DNA of 64,000 bases from Caecitellus pseudoparvulus (Eukaryota; Protista; Bigyra: Bicosoecida): positions 868,001 through 932,000 of the forward strand of contig CBFFRQ010000018.1 in the NCBI GenBank assembly GCA_965644315.1. Reading direction: 5' to 3'. Made by a program: the position numbers and the translations under genes. This document shows, piece after piece, positions 22,812-34,376 of the stretch (position 1 is the first letter of the stretch; the number at the start of each line of letters is the position of its first letter). The notes below the pieces were generated by a model. It was not told the origin of the DNA, did no database searches, and saw only the letters and a list, made by a program, of their open reading frames with translations.

Positions 22812-23291
22812 GTCGCCGAACTGCGGAAGTTGAGGTTGCCGTCAACTTCCGCGGTCGACAGCGAGGGTGGGACAGGGCAAGCACGAAGCAGTCCAAAGCA
22901 CGAACGCGCGGTGGTTCAAGCGTGCACACTTGGGTACGGGGAAAGTGTGATTGGCAGGAGGCCCGCAGACAGGCATGCCCCCTGGCAGTCAAGCTTCTGC
23001 CCAGCAGGCAAGTGCAGACGCTGCAAGTGGACCAGCCTGCCCACGAGCAATGAGGTTCCCCGCCACCAAACTCAACGCGACGCATAGGGGCGCTTCCGTC
23101 AAAGTCTGCATTGCGCCGGCGTGCAAGTGCGTGGCCACCTCGACGCCCAGGGGCCAACCTGCGCGACACCTTTGGCCTGCGCTCACAACTTCCCAGACCT
23201 CGCCCGTTGGCATCAGCAGCCCACTGCCGTTGCGCCTGGCTGAGTGAGGCTGTGCGGCAGGGCACGAAAGAGTGGCATAGCAGGCATTGTC

Positions 23292-26200
23292 ATGGCAGCA
23301 CTTGGAGGGCTCCTGCAGCTGGACGAGTCGTTGCGAGAGCTGGTGCGGCACGCTAGGCGGCCATGTCTGAGCCTGTGCGGCGTTTCTGTCCTGCACCACC
23401 CCCACCCCCGTTCCATCCTCCCCGTCGGCACAGTTGGAAGTGCAGGGCATTTCCTTGGAGAAGTTCCCTGATGATGCTCCCTTTGTCAAGACTATTGACG
23501 TGTTTCAGCCCAAGGCAGTGGAATTCTCGAGCTTGGCCGCCTTTCCCGGCATTCGGGAGGCATCACTGGTGCAGGCGCCCAAGGTGTCAAGCCTCGCGTT
23601 GCCGCCAGGCTCTTGCCCCTTGCTGCAGCAGCTATGGGTGACTCAGTGCTGCCTCACCAGCATGGCGCCAGTGTCAGCGTTTGGCCACCTCACAACTCTC
23701 GTGCTGGATGGCAACCGCATCACGACTCTGGACGGCCTGGACAGCTTGCCGCGTCTCACCCGGCTGTGGGTAAACGACAACCGCTTGACCTCTCTGGAAG
23801 GCCTGGCCGCCGCCCCGAGTCTGAAGGACGTCTCTCTCGCCCGCAACCGCCTGCAGAGTGTGCACGCGGAAGTGGAAGCCTGCACCTCCCTCGAGTCACT
23901 GAACTTGGCAGGCAACCGCATCGGGCACTTCCAAGACCTGCTGCCTTTCAAGCGCCTGCCTAACCTGCGAGAACTCAGCATGGCAGACCCCCACTGGGGA
24001 AAGAACCCCGTGTGCAGCCTGTCCAACTACCGCACCTTTGCCCTGTACCACCTGACCCAGCTGCAGGCGCTGGACGCCATGCACATTTCGCAGGCTGCGC
24101 GCGCGGGCGCCGACTCGACGTTCGTCAAGAAGGCCATGTACTACCACATGCGCATCAAGATGCTGAAGCGCAACACGGCAGCTGCAGTGCGCCGGGCGCG
24201 CTTCCTTCTCCAGAAGTACACCCGCCGCCTGCTGCGCGCCGCTCACCCACTGCAGCGCCAGCGCCACGCCGTGCTGGCCCTGCTGGCTGAGCAGTGGCTG
24301 GGTGCGTCAGGCGCAGGCCAGGTGCTGGATGGTGGCAGTTCGGAGGGGCACGCCGCCTTCGCACGGGCGGTGTCGGCAGCCGAGGCGTGTGCAGGTGCAG
24401 CGGAGCCCTGGGACGAGGCGGGCCCGGCCGTCCCCCACACAGTGGAAGCTGTGGAGGCTCACCCGCTGGGGGCTGTAGAGGGAGCGCTGCGCGCCCTGTC
24501 GCAAGCCCGAAGCGACGTGGCAGGGGCCGTGAGTGGGCTTCCGGCTCCGCTGTCCAAGCCGGCGCGAGCTGAAATCGCGGCCAAACTGGCAGCCTTGGAC
24601 GGCATGCTGGCTTTGCGCAGTCGACAGCTGTACGCCTTGCGACAACTGTTCCTGGTTCTGCAGGAACGCCTACAAGCCCTGTCTCATTGCCACGTGTCCC
24701 GGCTCATGCTGGAGCTGAACACCGGCGGCAACATTCGGTTTGAGGACGGACGGCCCTCTGACGCCTGGTTCAAGTCCTGTGTCGAGCTGCTGCGGTCCAG
24801 ATTCTACAAGCAGGACTTCGCGCAGCTTGGCGTGCGGGGACTCCGCGTCCAGCGCGTCACGCGCATTCACAACCGCCACCTGCGCACACGCTTTGACGCA
24901 CGCGTGGCCCAGGTCGTGGCTGGACACCCCGAGCTGGCGGCCCAGCTGGCAAGGGTCTCCAAGGCTGCCAAACGCGCAGGGTCGTCGGGGGACAGCTCCA
25001 GCTCTGGCTCCAGCAAGTCCAAGCGGGGCTTGGAGTACCTGTTCTACACGCCGCCCTGGTCAGGCAGTGCGGGGGCTGTTGGCGCTCGTGAGGAGGCCCT
25101 CGCGCAGTGCCAGCGCATTGGGGAGCTGGGCTTCCAGGCACGCCACGCAGAGGTGGAGGCACCGGTGCTGCCCCTGGTGGAGGACGTCAACCACGCTGTG
25201 CCTGTGCCGCAGACTTTTGCACCGGCGGGGAAGCGTTTCTACAGGCAGAAGTCGGCGCGAGAGGAGGGGCACTTGAAGGCTGCAGCGGCGGCACATGCCG
25301 TGTTCACAGCCAGTGCTCGACTGGAGAGCAGGGACAGTCTCCTTCGCCGGGGAGGCCTGGCCCCCCAAGATGCAGAAGGCACGTCGCTCTCCCTCTCCGC
25401 CTGCGGCATCCCCTTCACAAACTCGCTAACCTGCTGCGACTACCCTCGCCTGGCACACGCTGTGGCCACAGCGTTGACCAGCACTGACAGTGGCTGGAAG
25501 CCTACGTACCCTGCAGGGTACGCGCCGTTAGCTCGTGAATCCGGCCCGTCACCCCTGGCACCCAACTCCTCTGCAGCTGCAGCCGCTCTCACACCCTCCA
25601 TTGCCACGGCTGCCAGCAGGAGGATGTACAGCACGGCGGTGGAGCAGGGGCCCTTCGACCTGTCTGTGTCGCCCTCCTCTCAGTTTGAAGGCGCCGTGCC
25701 ACCACACGCACCCCCCCCTCGTGAGCGAGTGGGGGTGCTCGGCGGTGTCACGGCTTGGAACACTGCTGCAGGCCTGGACACCCAGGATCCCCGAACACGG
25801 TATGCTTTGGAGGCAGCTGTGCGTCTACGTCATGCGGGAGAGGAGGGTGACCCTGCTGTGCTAAGCTTGGGGCAGTCCTCGTCCGTGACCGCTGCAACAA
25901 GCGAGCAGGGGGGTAAGGAGGATGAAGGTGGGGGGGCAGGAGGCGAAACGGGGGGGGGGACCTCGGCGCCCACCGTACCGAAGTATGCTGGAGTTCCCCT
26001 GCACGACCCGCGGGTGTGTGAAGGCGTGCTGGTGGTGTCCAAGGTGTTCCTGGGCATGTGCGCCTTGCCAGAGTTCGCGGCAGGTGCCGCGGGGCAGTAC
26101 ATGCAGGCCGCTGTGCCCCCTCGAGATCCCCCGCCGGACCCACCTGCCCCGGGCATGTCCCGTGCTGGGGCGCGGCCCCTCACCGCCGCAGACGTCTCTG

Positions 26201-29200
26201 CTGCCTGCCAGCGGGACGGAGAGGGTTTTGACCCTGAGGACGGCGTGGCGGACACGCCGGGAGGGGACGATGCACCACCACCTCCCGTGCCAGTTCCGCT
26301 GCACTCCGTCATGCAGTGCTGTGCGGACGACGCACGGCAGAAGCAGTGGGTAGTCATGGACCCCGCCCTGGCGCTGCCCGAGTACATCATCGAGTTTGAG
26401 TACGTGTGGGGAGGAGGCGCCGGTGCCAGCGATCCTGCGCAGGAGGCACAAGACATAGATGCCACTGTGGCAGCAGAGCTGGCCGTGCTAGCCGGTGGTG
26501 GTGGCGCACCACGATCTGGCGCCCCGGCACCCTCGCTGCCCCATCAGGAAGAAGCCGACCTCCGTCCAGTTGTGCGGCCCCTGGCAGCCTTCCTCCAAGT
26601 CTGCCGAAGCACCGTGGCTTCGTCCGATGCCCTGGCTAGGGCCCTGCCTGCGGGGCCCAGTGGCATGCCAAGCATGCTCCCGCCCATGCCAAACCACGCA
26701 GAGCAACATCTGGCACCTGCCGCGCTGGCCGCACTGTCCGCGCTGCGCCTGCCCCCTCCAGCAGAGGCTCTAGTGTCTGGAGTGACATCAACTGACGGGT
26801 CGCTTGGGCGATGGGTGCTGCAAGGCATTCTAACTGCAGCCAGTGGCGCGTCAAGGCTGTATGGAGCCCAGCCTACCCCCCCCCTGCACTCGCTTGCGTA
26901 CTTGAACTTGTCTGGCGTCGGCCTGCGCAGTTTGTCAGTGGGCGCAGAGCAAGGCGCAGATGGCGAAGTGACCTGGCCGCTGGACGCCTGCCCTGGTTTG
27001 CGCGTGCTGGACCTCTCCTTTAACGCACTATCCAGCCTGCCAGCCGGTGCGTTGTGGGCTTGCCAGGCCCTGGTGCGCCTTGACCTCTCCTGCAACGCCC
27101 TGGAACACATCGAGCGTGGGGCGCTGGGCGGAGATGGGGAGGCGCGGTCCAGCGGGCCTGGCGCTTCGCTGCAGGTGCTGAACCTGAAAGGGAATGCCCT
27201 GCAGACCTGGGCTGATCTGGAGGAGGTGCAGCACGCTGCCGGCTACCTGCAGGAGCTGGACCTGCGGGACAACCCCATCACCGAGCTGTCCCAGCCGCTG
27301 CCCCTGCGCAACCATGCACCATGGAGGGGCGAGTCTGGCTCGGTTGCGGCCTCCGGCCCCACCCCGCTTCTCACGCTGACGTTGGCGAAGCCCAGTGGGC
27401 TTGGTGCAGGGGACGCGGCAGCAGGGGCTCAGTACCGGCCCTTGGTAGTGAAGGCCTTCCCACACCTGCGGGCGTTGGACGGCATGCCGGTCAGCCCGCG
27501 TGACAAGGCCGGAGCGGCCAGCGGGGCCCGGCACATCACCCCCGCCCTTGCCTTTGCCTGCGGCCTGGATGCTTTGGGTGACCCCGTGCTCCCCCCGCAA
27601 GCCGCTGCCTCGTCGCCAACATGGCCCCCTGCATCGCCAGCAGCTCCCCGGAGGACTGCGTGGGGCGCAGAGTCGCCGACATCGGCAGGAGGGGGCCCCC
27701 GGGTCCTCGAGGATTCTGTGAGCCCCGTGGCACCCTCCCGGCAGCACAGCCAAGCGTGGCTGTCTTTGCACAGCTTGGACGTTTCCCGGCAACAGCTGCA
27801 GTCCTTGGCCCCCAGTTCGCGGCATGTGCCGCCGCTGGAGGCGCTGGATGCTGCCCATGCCAAGGTCACAGAGCTGCGCGGGCGCGTGCCGCGGGCCAGC
27901 GACGCAGCATCACCTCGCTCCCCAGCACCTACTGCGGATCAGCTCAGCACGCTGCGGAGTATGGCGCGACTCAGGCGCCTGGACGCCAGTTTCAACGACC
28001 TTCAAGACCTGCGGCCTTTATGTGCCCTGCAGAGCCTGGACACGCTCATCCTGGAGGGCAATGCCATCCAAGACCTCACTGGAGTTGGCAAGCTGACTGG
28101 CCTCACGCAGCTGGACCTGGGTCGAAACTACATCGGGGATGCAGCCCTCGCAGCCGCTGGCCCCGCACTGGCCAGGTTGGAGCACCTGTCCCAGCTATCG
28201 CTGGAGGACAACTGCATTTCGGACTTGACCCCCATTTCAGGGGTAGCGTCTCTTGTGGAGTTGTACATGGGGCAGAACGCCCTGAAGGGCTTGGGTCAGA
28301 TCATGCGCCTGCGCAGCCTTCCACGCCTGATCATCTTGGACCTTGCTGGCAACCCGCTGGCCAGCGTGGAAGAGTATCGCCCATTCACTGTGTACCACTT
28401 GAAGCGCATTAAGGTCTTGGATGGGCTGGGTGTGGACGCAGCGGAAGCCACGAACGCCAGCGACCGGTTTGCTGGCCGCTTGACGCGGGAGTATCTGGAG
28501 GACAAGGTTGGGGCTGCCGCTTTCCCTTCCCTGCGTGAGTTGGACCTGTCAGGCTGCCGCATCCGCAAAGTGGACCCTCTGCACCCGACAGATTTCAGAT
28601 GCCTTGCGGTGGTGAACCTGGCCCACAATGCCTTGGACGGGCATGCCCTCATCGCGCTGCGAGCTTTGCCCCACTTGAGTGTGCTGCGCCTGAACAAGAA
28701 CAGGGTCACCTCCCTCACTGCGGTGTTCAGGACACCGCCCACAGAGCTGGAGGCGAATCTGGGTGTTGGGCCTGGGCACACCTGGTTCAGGGCCCTGGAA
28801 GTGCTGCAGCTGGGGCACAACGGCATCACCGACATGGCCGCGCTGCACTTGAGCTCGCTGCCCAGCCTGAAGGTGCTGTCCCTCGTAGGCAACGACATTT
28901 CCCGTATTTCGGGGCTGGAGGGCTGCATGGGCCTACGAGAACTGGCGTTGACCAACAACCGGCTGAGGGCACTGGACATGGAGGCGCTGGCACCCTTGGT
29001 GAACCTGGCGCACCTGCACATAGGCGAGAATGCCCTGCGAGGCTTGGCTGGTGTGCGCGTTCTGACTTCGTTGCAGAGCCTGACCTTGACCTCCAACCGC
29101 ATCCCCGACTTGAGCGAGGTGGGCCACCTAGCCGCCTTGCCCTTGCTTAAGGCCCTGCACCTGGGAGGGAACCCCGTCACCCGCAAGCCCCAGTACCGTG

Positions 29201-29622
29201 TCGGCGTCGTGAAGCGCATGGACTTGCTCGAGACGCTGGATGACGTACCCGTGACTGACGAGGAGAAGGCCGAAGCAGAGGCCATGTTCTACGCAGAGCA
29301 GCGCGCTGCTGGGATCCTGCCGCCCGGAGCACCAGACGCCCCTTCCGAGGGGGGTTTGACCCCCACGCCCAACCCCATGCCCCCTGTGCGGGGCGCTGTC
29401 GGCTTGCCTGGCTCTACCAGTGCTGGGCTACGAGTGACACCTGTTGAGCTGGGGGCCGGGCATGTGCAACCCACTGTCGTAGCCGTCGGTGCACTGGCCG
29501 AGGCTCAGCCGCGCACCAGGCGCTTTTTGCGAGCAGGAGCGGGCGTGGGGGGCGGAGCATCCGACCGGCTCGCTCGGGGAAGGCCAGGAGGGCGTGCCTC
29601 AGCAAGGTATGGGCTTCGCTGA
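23292..29622 (+). CDS. LRRC9: Leucine-rich repeat protein, LRRC9-like
   Basis: ATG 23292 and intron 23343-23433 splice in frame into the 2062-aa ORF. Three LRR blocks with LRR caps, plus LELNTGGNIRFEDGRPSDAWFKSCVELLRSRF...VTRIHNR...LPEYIIEFEY typical of the LRRC9 central domain. Confidence 0.85.
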
Positions 29623-29739
29623 GCACAAAACCCCATCCCCGGACTTAGTCGTGGAATTCACCCATCATCATTCCACTGCTCTGTCACGCACAGCGAGAGT
29701 ACCCCACACTGGTGGCCGCTGTCCACCCACTGGCCAGCC

Positions 29740-31236
29740 ATGGCAGATGAAGCCACGTCAAAATCCGCAACAGCCCCAGCTCCGCTGCCGCTCGCAACAG
29801 TGAAAGCGCCAGTGTCTGCAGGCCAACCGCCAACTCCGACTGGCATTGACTTGCCAGTGGTCACGAGCAAGCCGCGGCAGAAGGTGCCGTTGGGGGCTGG
29901 CCTCTCCCACACCTCCTGGATGAGGCTGGTGCAGTCAGGGGAACCGCTGTCGAAGCACGCGCCTGGCCCAGGCAAGCCGCCGCGGAAGATCACTTTGGCC
30001 GAAGTCAGGCAACATGCATCTCGAACAGATGCGTGGATGGCAGTGCGGGGCTTCGTGTATGATGTCACGCTGTACTGCGAGTTTCACCCGGGGGGGGTCG
30101 AGGAGATCATGCGAGGCGTGGGAGACGACGCCACGGACTTGTTTGAGGAGTTTCACCCCTGGGTGTCTGTGGAGAGCATGCTTCGCCCGTGCCTCATCGG
30201 CCGGCTTGTGCCTGACCTTGCGGGGGGTCCTGACGCCGCTGCAGCGTATGCTGCACAGCGGGCGCTCGGCAGCGGCCAAGGCTTCTCGTCGCTGCCTGCT
30301 ACACCCGCCGGTGCAGCTGTCGCCTCCGCGTACGGGCCTGCTGGGACAGCAAGTGCTGCCATGCGGGTGGGTGGGCTCGCTGCGGGGTCAGGAACCACTC
30401 TCAAGCTCCTCACACCCGCGACTGTCGGGAAGTGGCACCGGGTGAAGGTGCTATTTCGCAAGGACATCTCAGACGATGGCTGCTGCGTGCTCATTCGGTG
30501 TGAGTTGGCCACACGCCAGCAGCGCTTGGGGCTGGACAGTGCCGGGAAGCATGTGCGAGTGCGAGTGCCGGACGCTGGCGCCGCCTCGGGCGAAGGAAAG
30601 CCTTTCCGGGAGTACACGCCTGTGTCGTCGCTCAGTGCAAGTGGCTTCTTTGACTTGGCAGTGAAGCTGGTCCCGGAGGGAGCGGTCTCGCCAGCCCTGT
30701 GCAAAGTGTCAGAGGGAGACGTGTTGGAGATTTCAGGGCCACGGGGGGAGCTCAAGTACACCCACGGGATTGCTACTTGGGGGGGGCGTGCGAGGCAGGC
30801 CAGCTGCCTTTGTCTGGCTGGTGCGGGCAGCGGTGTCACGCCCATTCTGCAGCTTGCGCAGGCAGTGGCTACGGATGCAGAGGACAAGACCCCTGTCCAC
30901 ATCATCGTCAGCCACCGAACAGAGCAGGCCGCCATGCTGAACCGGGAGCTCTCCGCCCTGGCTATGCAACACGCCAACGTCCACCTTCACATCGTCACGA
31001 CGTCTGCCTCTGATTCGCCTGCCAGTCAAGAAGAGGCTGCTTCCTCTGCCCTGTCACATTCCCGCATCAGCCGCGCAAGTGGCGCGCGCATCACCACCGC
31101 GACTCTCAGCGAGCACTGGCCCAAACCCGACGCAAAAGCCGTCTGCATGTGGTGCGGCCCACCTACCTTCAATGCTTTCATGGATGACGCCGTGCGGGAG
31201 CTGTACTACGTCGCTGAGAACTGCTTTCAGTTCTGA
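29740..31236 (+). CDS. CYB5R4: Cytochrome b5-cytochrome b5 reductase fusion (CYB5R4/NCB5OR-like)
   Basis: KVPLGAGLSHTSWMRL, VYDVT...HPGG...FHPWV heme domain; REYTPVS FAD motif; GAGSGVTP and CGPPTF NAD motifs. Confidence 0.88.
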   Translation: MADEATSKSATAPAPLPLATVKAPVSAGQPPTPTGIDLPVVTSKPRQKVPLGAGLSHTSWMRLVQSGEPLSKHAPGPGKPPRKITLAEVRQHASRTDAWMAVRGFVYDVTLYCEFHPGGVEEIMRGVGDDATDLFEEFHPWVSVESMLRPCLIGRLVPDLAGGPDAAAAYAAQRALGSGQGFSSLPATPAGAAVASAYGPAGTASAAMRVGGLAAGSGTTLKLLTPATVGKWHRVKVLFRKDISDDGCCVLIRCELATRQQRLGLDSAGKHVRVRVPDAGAASGEGKPFREYTPVSSLSASGFFDLAVKLVPEGAVSPALCKVSEGDVLEISGPRGELKYTHGIATWGGRARQASCLCLAGAGSGVTPILQLAQAVATDAEDKTPVHIIVSHRTEQAAMLNRELSALAMQHANVHLHIVTTSASDSPASQEEAASSALSHSRISRASGARITTATLSEHWPKPDAKAVCMWCGPPTFNAFMDDAVRELYYVAENCFQF

Positions 31237-31253
31237 TCAGCGGTGCACTTGCA

Positions 31254-31804
31254 TTACTCGAGCAAGTGCTGCAGCTCCTCTTCCAACTGGTCTTCCACAG
31301 CAACAATGTCCTGCTCTAGGCGGTCCTCTGTCGCCTCCACCTGCTCCGCCTCCTTCAAGACTCTTGCAGCACGTTTCAATGCATGCTCCCGGGCTGCTGC
31401 CGTGGCACTGGCTGCGCTGAGCACTTTCTGAGATTCCTGGAGATGCTTCAAGAGCTGTCCTTTTGACTTTCTTCCCCCTTCCATACCCTTGCAGGCGTCG
31501 AGCAGGCCAGAGCCCTCTTTGCCCGTTCGTGTCTTCGTTTTGGAGAGGCCAGCGGTGAGATGCTGCGTTGCAGCCGTCACGGCAGCCTCAACAACCTCGC
31601 GCAGCAGTGCAGGCATGCGGGTCGTCTGAAGCCCCCGCCCTTGTTTTGTCAGCTTCAATGGTTTGGTCGGGGACTGCCTCGCTGCATCCGGCTTCCTCCT
31701 GCGCACAGCGGGCGGGGGTCAACGCAGAGTGCGGCGTGTGGTGCACTGCAGCACGGCCGTGCGCGGACGCACGCCTTGCGGGCTCGAGTGCGGGGATGAG
31801 CCAT
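31254..31804 (-). CDS. Small hypothetical protein, basic N-terminus and C-terminal coiled coil
   Basis: ATG 31804 and intron 31699-31772 (GTGCGT...GCAG) give MAHPRTRARKARKPDAARQ...; C-terminal heptads AEQVEATEDRLEQDIVAVEDQLEEELQHLLE. Confidence 0.6.
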
Positions 31805-32163
31805 GTCGGAGGAGAGTGGTGTTGTGGGGGAGGAGCCCTTGGTACAGGAAATAGCAATTTTGCAGAGCTAGAGCGACGTACTCAGATTTGCGAAAGGGAC
31901 AAAGATGACTGGACAAGCAACTGTGATTCTGCTTCCGTAGTGATACTTGCGCAATGGTCCCAATTTTTCTACCCCCAACACAACATTTGGTCGTTACTCT
32001 ACACGCTCGTTATATCCGGGTGGAGAGGCTCGCCTGCTCAACGTTGCTGCGAGCCTCCGCGGGCGTGCCGTCAGGCACCTTGCGCCAAGCAGCGCCTCTG
32101 CACCCTCCGGCAGCTGCATGTGATTGCGGTCAGACGCAGTGCTGCCCTGATGCTGGCCACACC

Positions 32164-34134
32164 ATGCAGTCACACGAGAGTAAGGGCCTCAGCAAGGCCA
32201 GACTGACTGCTGGCGTCGCAGCAGGACAACAACAGCAGCATGGTCTGCGCCAGGCCGTCGTCATCCACATCGACGTGGATGCCTTCTACGCACAAACAGT
32301 CATGAACTTGTACCCCCAACTGCACGGGAAGGCGGTGGGGATCAAGCAAAAGAACATCGTGGTCACATGCAACTACCACGCGCGGCAGGCAGGCGTGAAG
32401 AAGCTGCAGTACTTGGAGGATGCTTTCAAAGCTTGCCCGGGGCTTGAATTGGTGAACGGCGAGCAGCTCTACCGCTTTCGTGGGCTGAGTGCAGCCATCT
32501 CGCACGTGATCTCTGCTGCATCTGGGAGGGAAGTGGAACGGCTTGGGATGGATGAGAACTTCTTGTCGTTTACGGTCCCTACAGGGGCGGGAGCTGAGGC
32601 GAGTCCGAGCACGTCCTTGCCGAGCAATTTCCGCACTCCCTTATCAGCCACTGCCCGAGCAGGCTTCGAGCAAGGCTTGTGGTGTGGGGTGGTGTTTGTG
32701 ACAGGCATGGAGGATTGCTCCTCCCACACCGTTGTCTGGCATCCGCAGCCGTCTTCATCAGATGCTTCGCGGGAAGTGCCACCAGAAACATGTGCTGGCC
32801 ACGAGCAGGCGCCCATGCCGTGGGAAATCGGCACAGCTGCTGCCCCAGTGGCTCTGGGCAGCATCAACTTCCCAGTCAGTCGTGTCAGGCTGGGGAGCGC
32901 AAGTTCCTCGCCCTGGAGCACGCCAGGTGCGGTGTCTTGGTTGGAGTGCCTGCGACTCGGTTCATGGGTGGCGCATGACCTGCGGGTGCGAGTTCGCGAA
33001 GAGCTTGGGTGCACGCTGTCTGCTGGCATTGGCAGCAACAAGCTGGCTGCCAAAACAGCTTCTGGTCTGCGGAAGCCCAATGGCCAGAGCATCATCTTGC
33101 CCTGGGCGTTGCCAGCGCTGCTGAAGGATCGGCCCCTGCGCAGCATCCCAGGGGTGGGGTGGGCGCTGAGCAAGCGTCTGCACCAGGCGAATTTGCACTT
33201 TGTGCGGGAGGTGCACGCCTTTCCACTGGCATCGTTGCAAGATGAGTTCGGTCCAGAAGTGGGCGCCTTTCTTCACGCCCGGGCCAACGGCATTGATGAT
33301 ACGCCCGTCGTGCCAACGCCGGCACCGAAGAGCATCAGCATTGAAGACGCTTTTCAGGGCTGCAGCACGGCAGCTGCTGCCACCACTCGCTGTGTCCAGC
33401 TTGTGCGGAGCCTCTTGCGTTTGTTGGACGACGATTCCTCGCTGCACTGCCGTAGGCCAACCCTATTGCGGGTGAGTGTGCGGTGCGCCAGGCTCCAGCG
33501 CCGAACCAAGCAGGGCCCTTTCCCGCCAGATGTGGCTTTGCAAGGTCAGGAGGCAACCTCTCCAACAACTGTGAAGGTGGTGCAGGTGTGGAAACAGCTG
33601 CTGGCTGCAGCCCCGCAACGCAGCCATGCTGCTGCCCCTCGCGATGCACGCGGAGCCATGCTCCTAGGCAGCGACGAAGAAGCCCGGGTGCCGAAAGGTG
33701 ATCCACGCATCCCGAGAATCATGCACAGTGTGCAGGATGCCCTGGCAGCCTTGCTGCCGCCTGAGCCGTTCCACGTTACTCTGCTGGGAGTAGCGGCTGC
33801 CAGCTTTGTGCGCGGCCAAGGTGGCAAAGCCCTCTCAGTAGGGATCAAGAGCTTGCTCCGTGCTCAGAGCGATGCGAAACGGTGCAAGCAACCCGAGGAA
33901 TGCCAGCCTGCAGTACTGTCCCCCCCACCACCTGGTGGGGCAGGTGTGAGTGCAAAGCAAGGTAGCCCAAGCCCCAGCGCTGCTGCTTTCACAGCACCAC
34001 CGAAGAAACCAGCGGGCATCACCGAGGAGGCCTGGCAACGCCTCCCCACTCACGTTCAAGTTAGCATCCTTGAAGCGACGCAGCGGCGGCAAGACGCCAC
34101 AGCAGGGAGCAGCCCCCTCACAGGTGCTGCGTAG
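32164..34134 (+). CDS. POLI: Y-family DNA polymerase, iota-like
   Basis: HIDVDAFYAQ, KQKNIVVTCNYHARQAGVKKL, VERLGMDENF, SAGIGSNKLAAK...KPNGQ, IPGVG, PKSISIED; C-terminal UBM-like PAGITEEAWQRLPTHVQVSIL. Start could be the upstream ATG at 31954. Confidence 0.9.
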   Translation: MQSHESKGLSKARLTAGVAAGQQQQHGLRQAVVIHIDVDAFYAQTVMNLYPQLHGKAVGIKQKNIVVTCNYHARQAGVKKLQYLEDAFKACPGLELVNGEQLYRFRGLSAAISHVISAASGREVERLGMDENFLSFTVPTGAGAEASPSTSLPSNFRTPLSATARAGFEQGLWCGVVFVTGMEDCSSHTVVWHPQPSSSDASREVPPETCAGHEQAPMPWEIGTAAAPVALGSINFPVSRVRLGSASSSPWSTPGAVSWLECLRLGSWVAHDLRVRVREELGCTLSAGIGSNKLAAKTASGLRKPNGQSIILPWALPALLKDRPLRSIPGVGWALSKRLHQANLHFVREVHAFPLASLQDEFGPEVGAFLHARANGIDDTPVVPTPAPKSISIEDAFQGCSTAAAATTRCVQLVRSLLRLLDDDSSLHCRRPTLLRVSVRCARLQRRTKQGPFPPDVALQGQEATSPTTVKVVQVWKQLLAAAPQRSHAAAPRDARGAMLLGSDEEARVPKGDPRIPRIMHSVQDALAALLPPEPFHVTLLGVAAASFVRGQGGKALSVGIKSLLRAQSDAKRCKQPEECQPAVLSPPPPGGAGVSAKQGSPSPSAAAFTAPPKKPAGITEEAWQRLPTHVQVSILEATQRRQDATAGSSPLTGAA

Positions 34135-34376
34135 GGGCTGCGAAGCTATTGTCGGTAGTTTCCTCGCGGCGTTCATGGCCGTTTAATTTTTACCACGCTG
34201 CATCGCCTGCTCGAAATTGAGGCTTGTCCCTCATTGGTGTGCTGTGGCATGAAGCTCGCGGCATTTTACGCACAGAGCAGCCGTCGTGCCACAGCTGAGC
34301 CAGGCGCAGGAGGCTTCGTTCGCCCGCAGCCGCAGGCCAACCACGACAGACCCAAGAAAGCTGCACGACGACCCCC

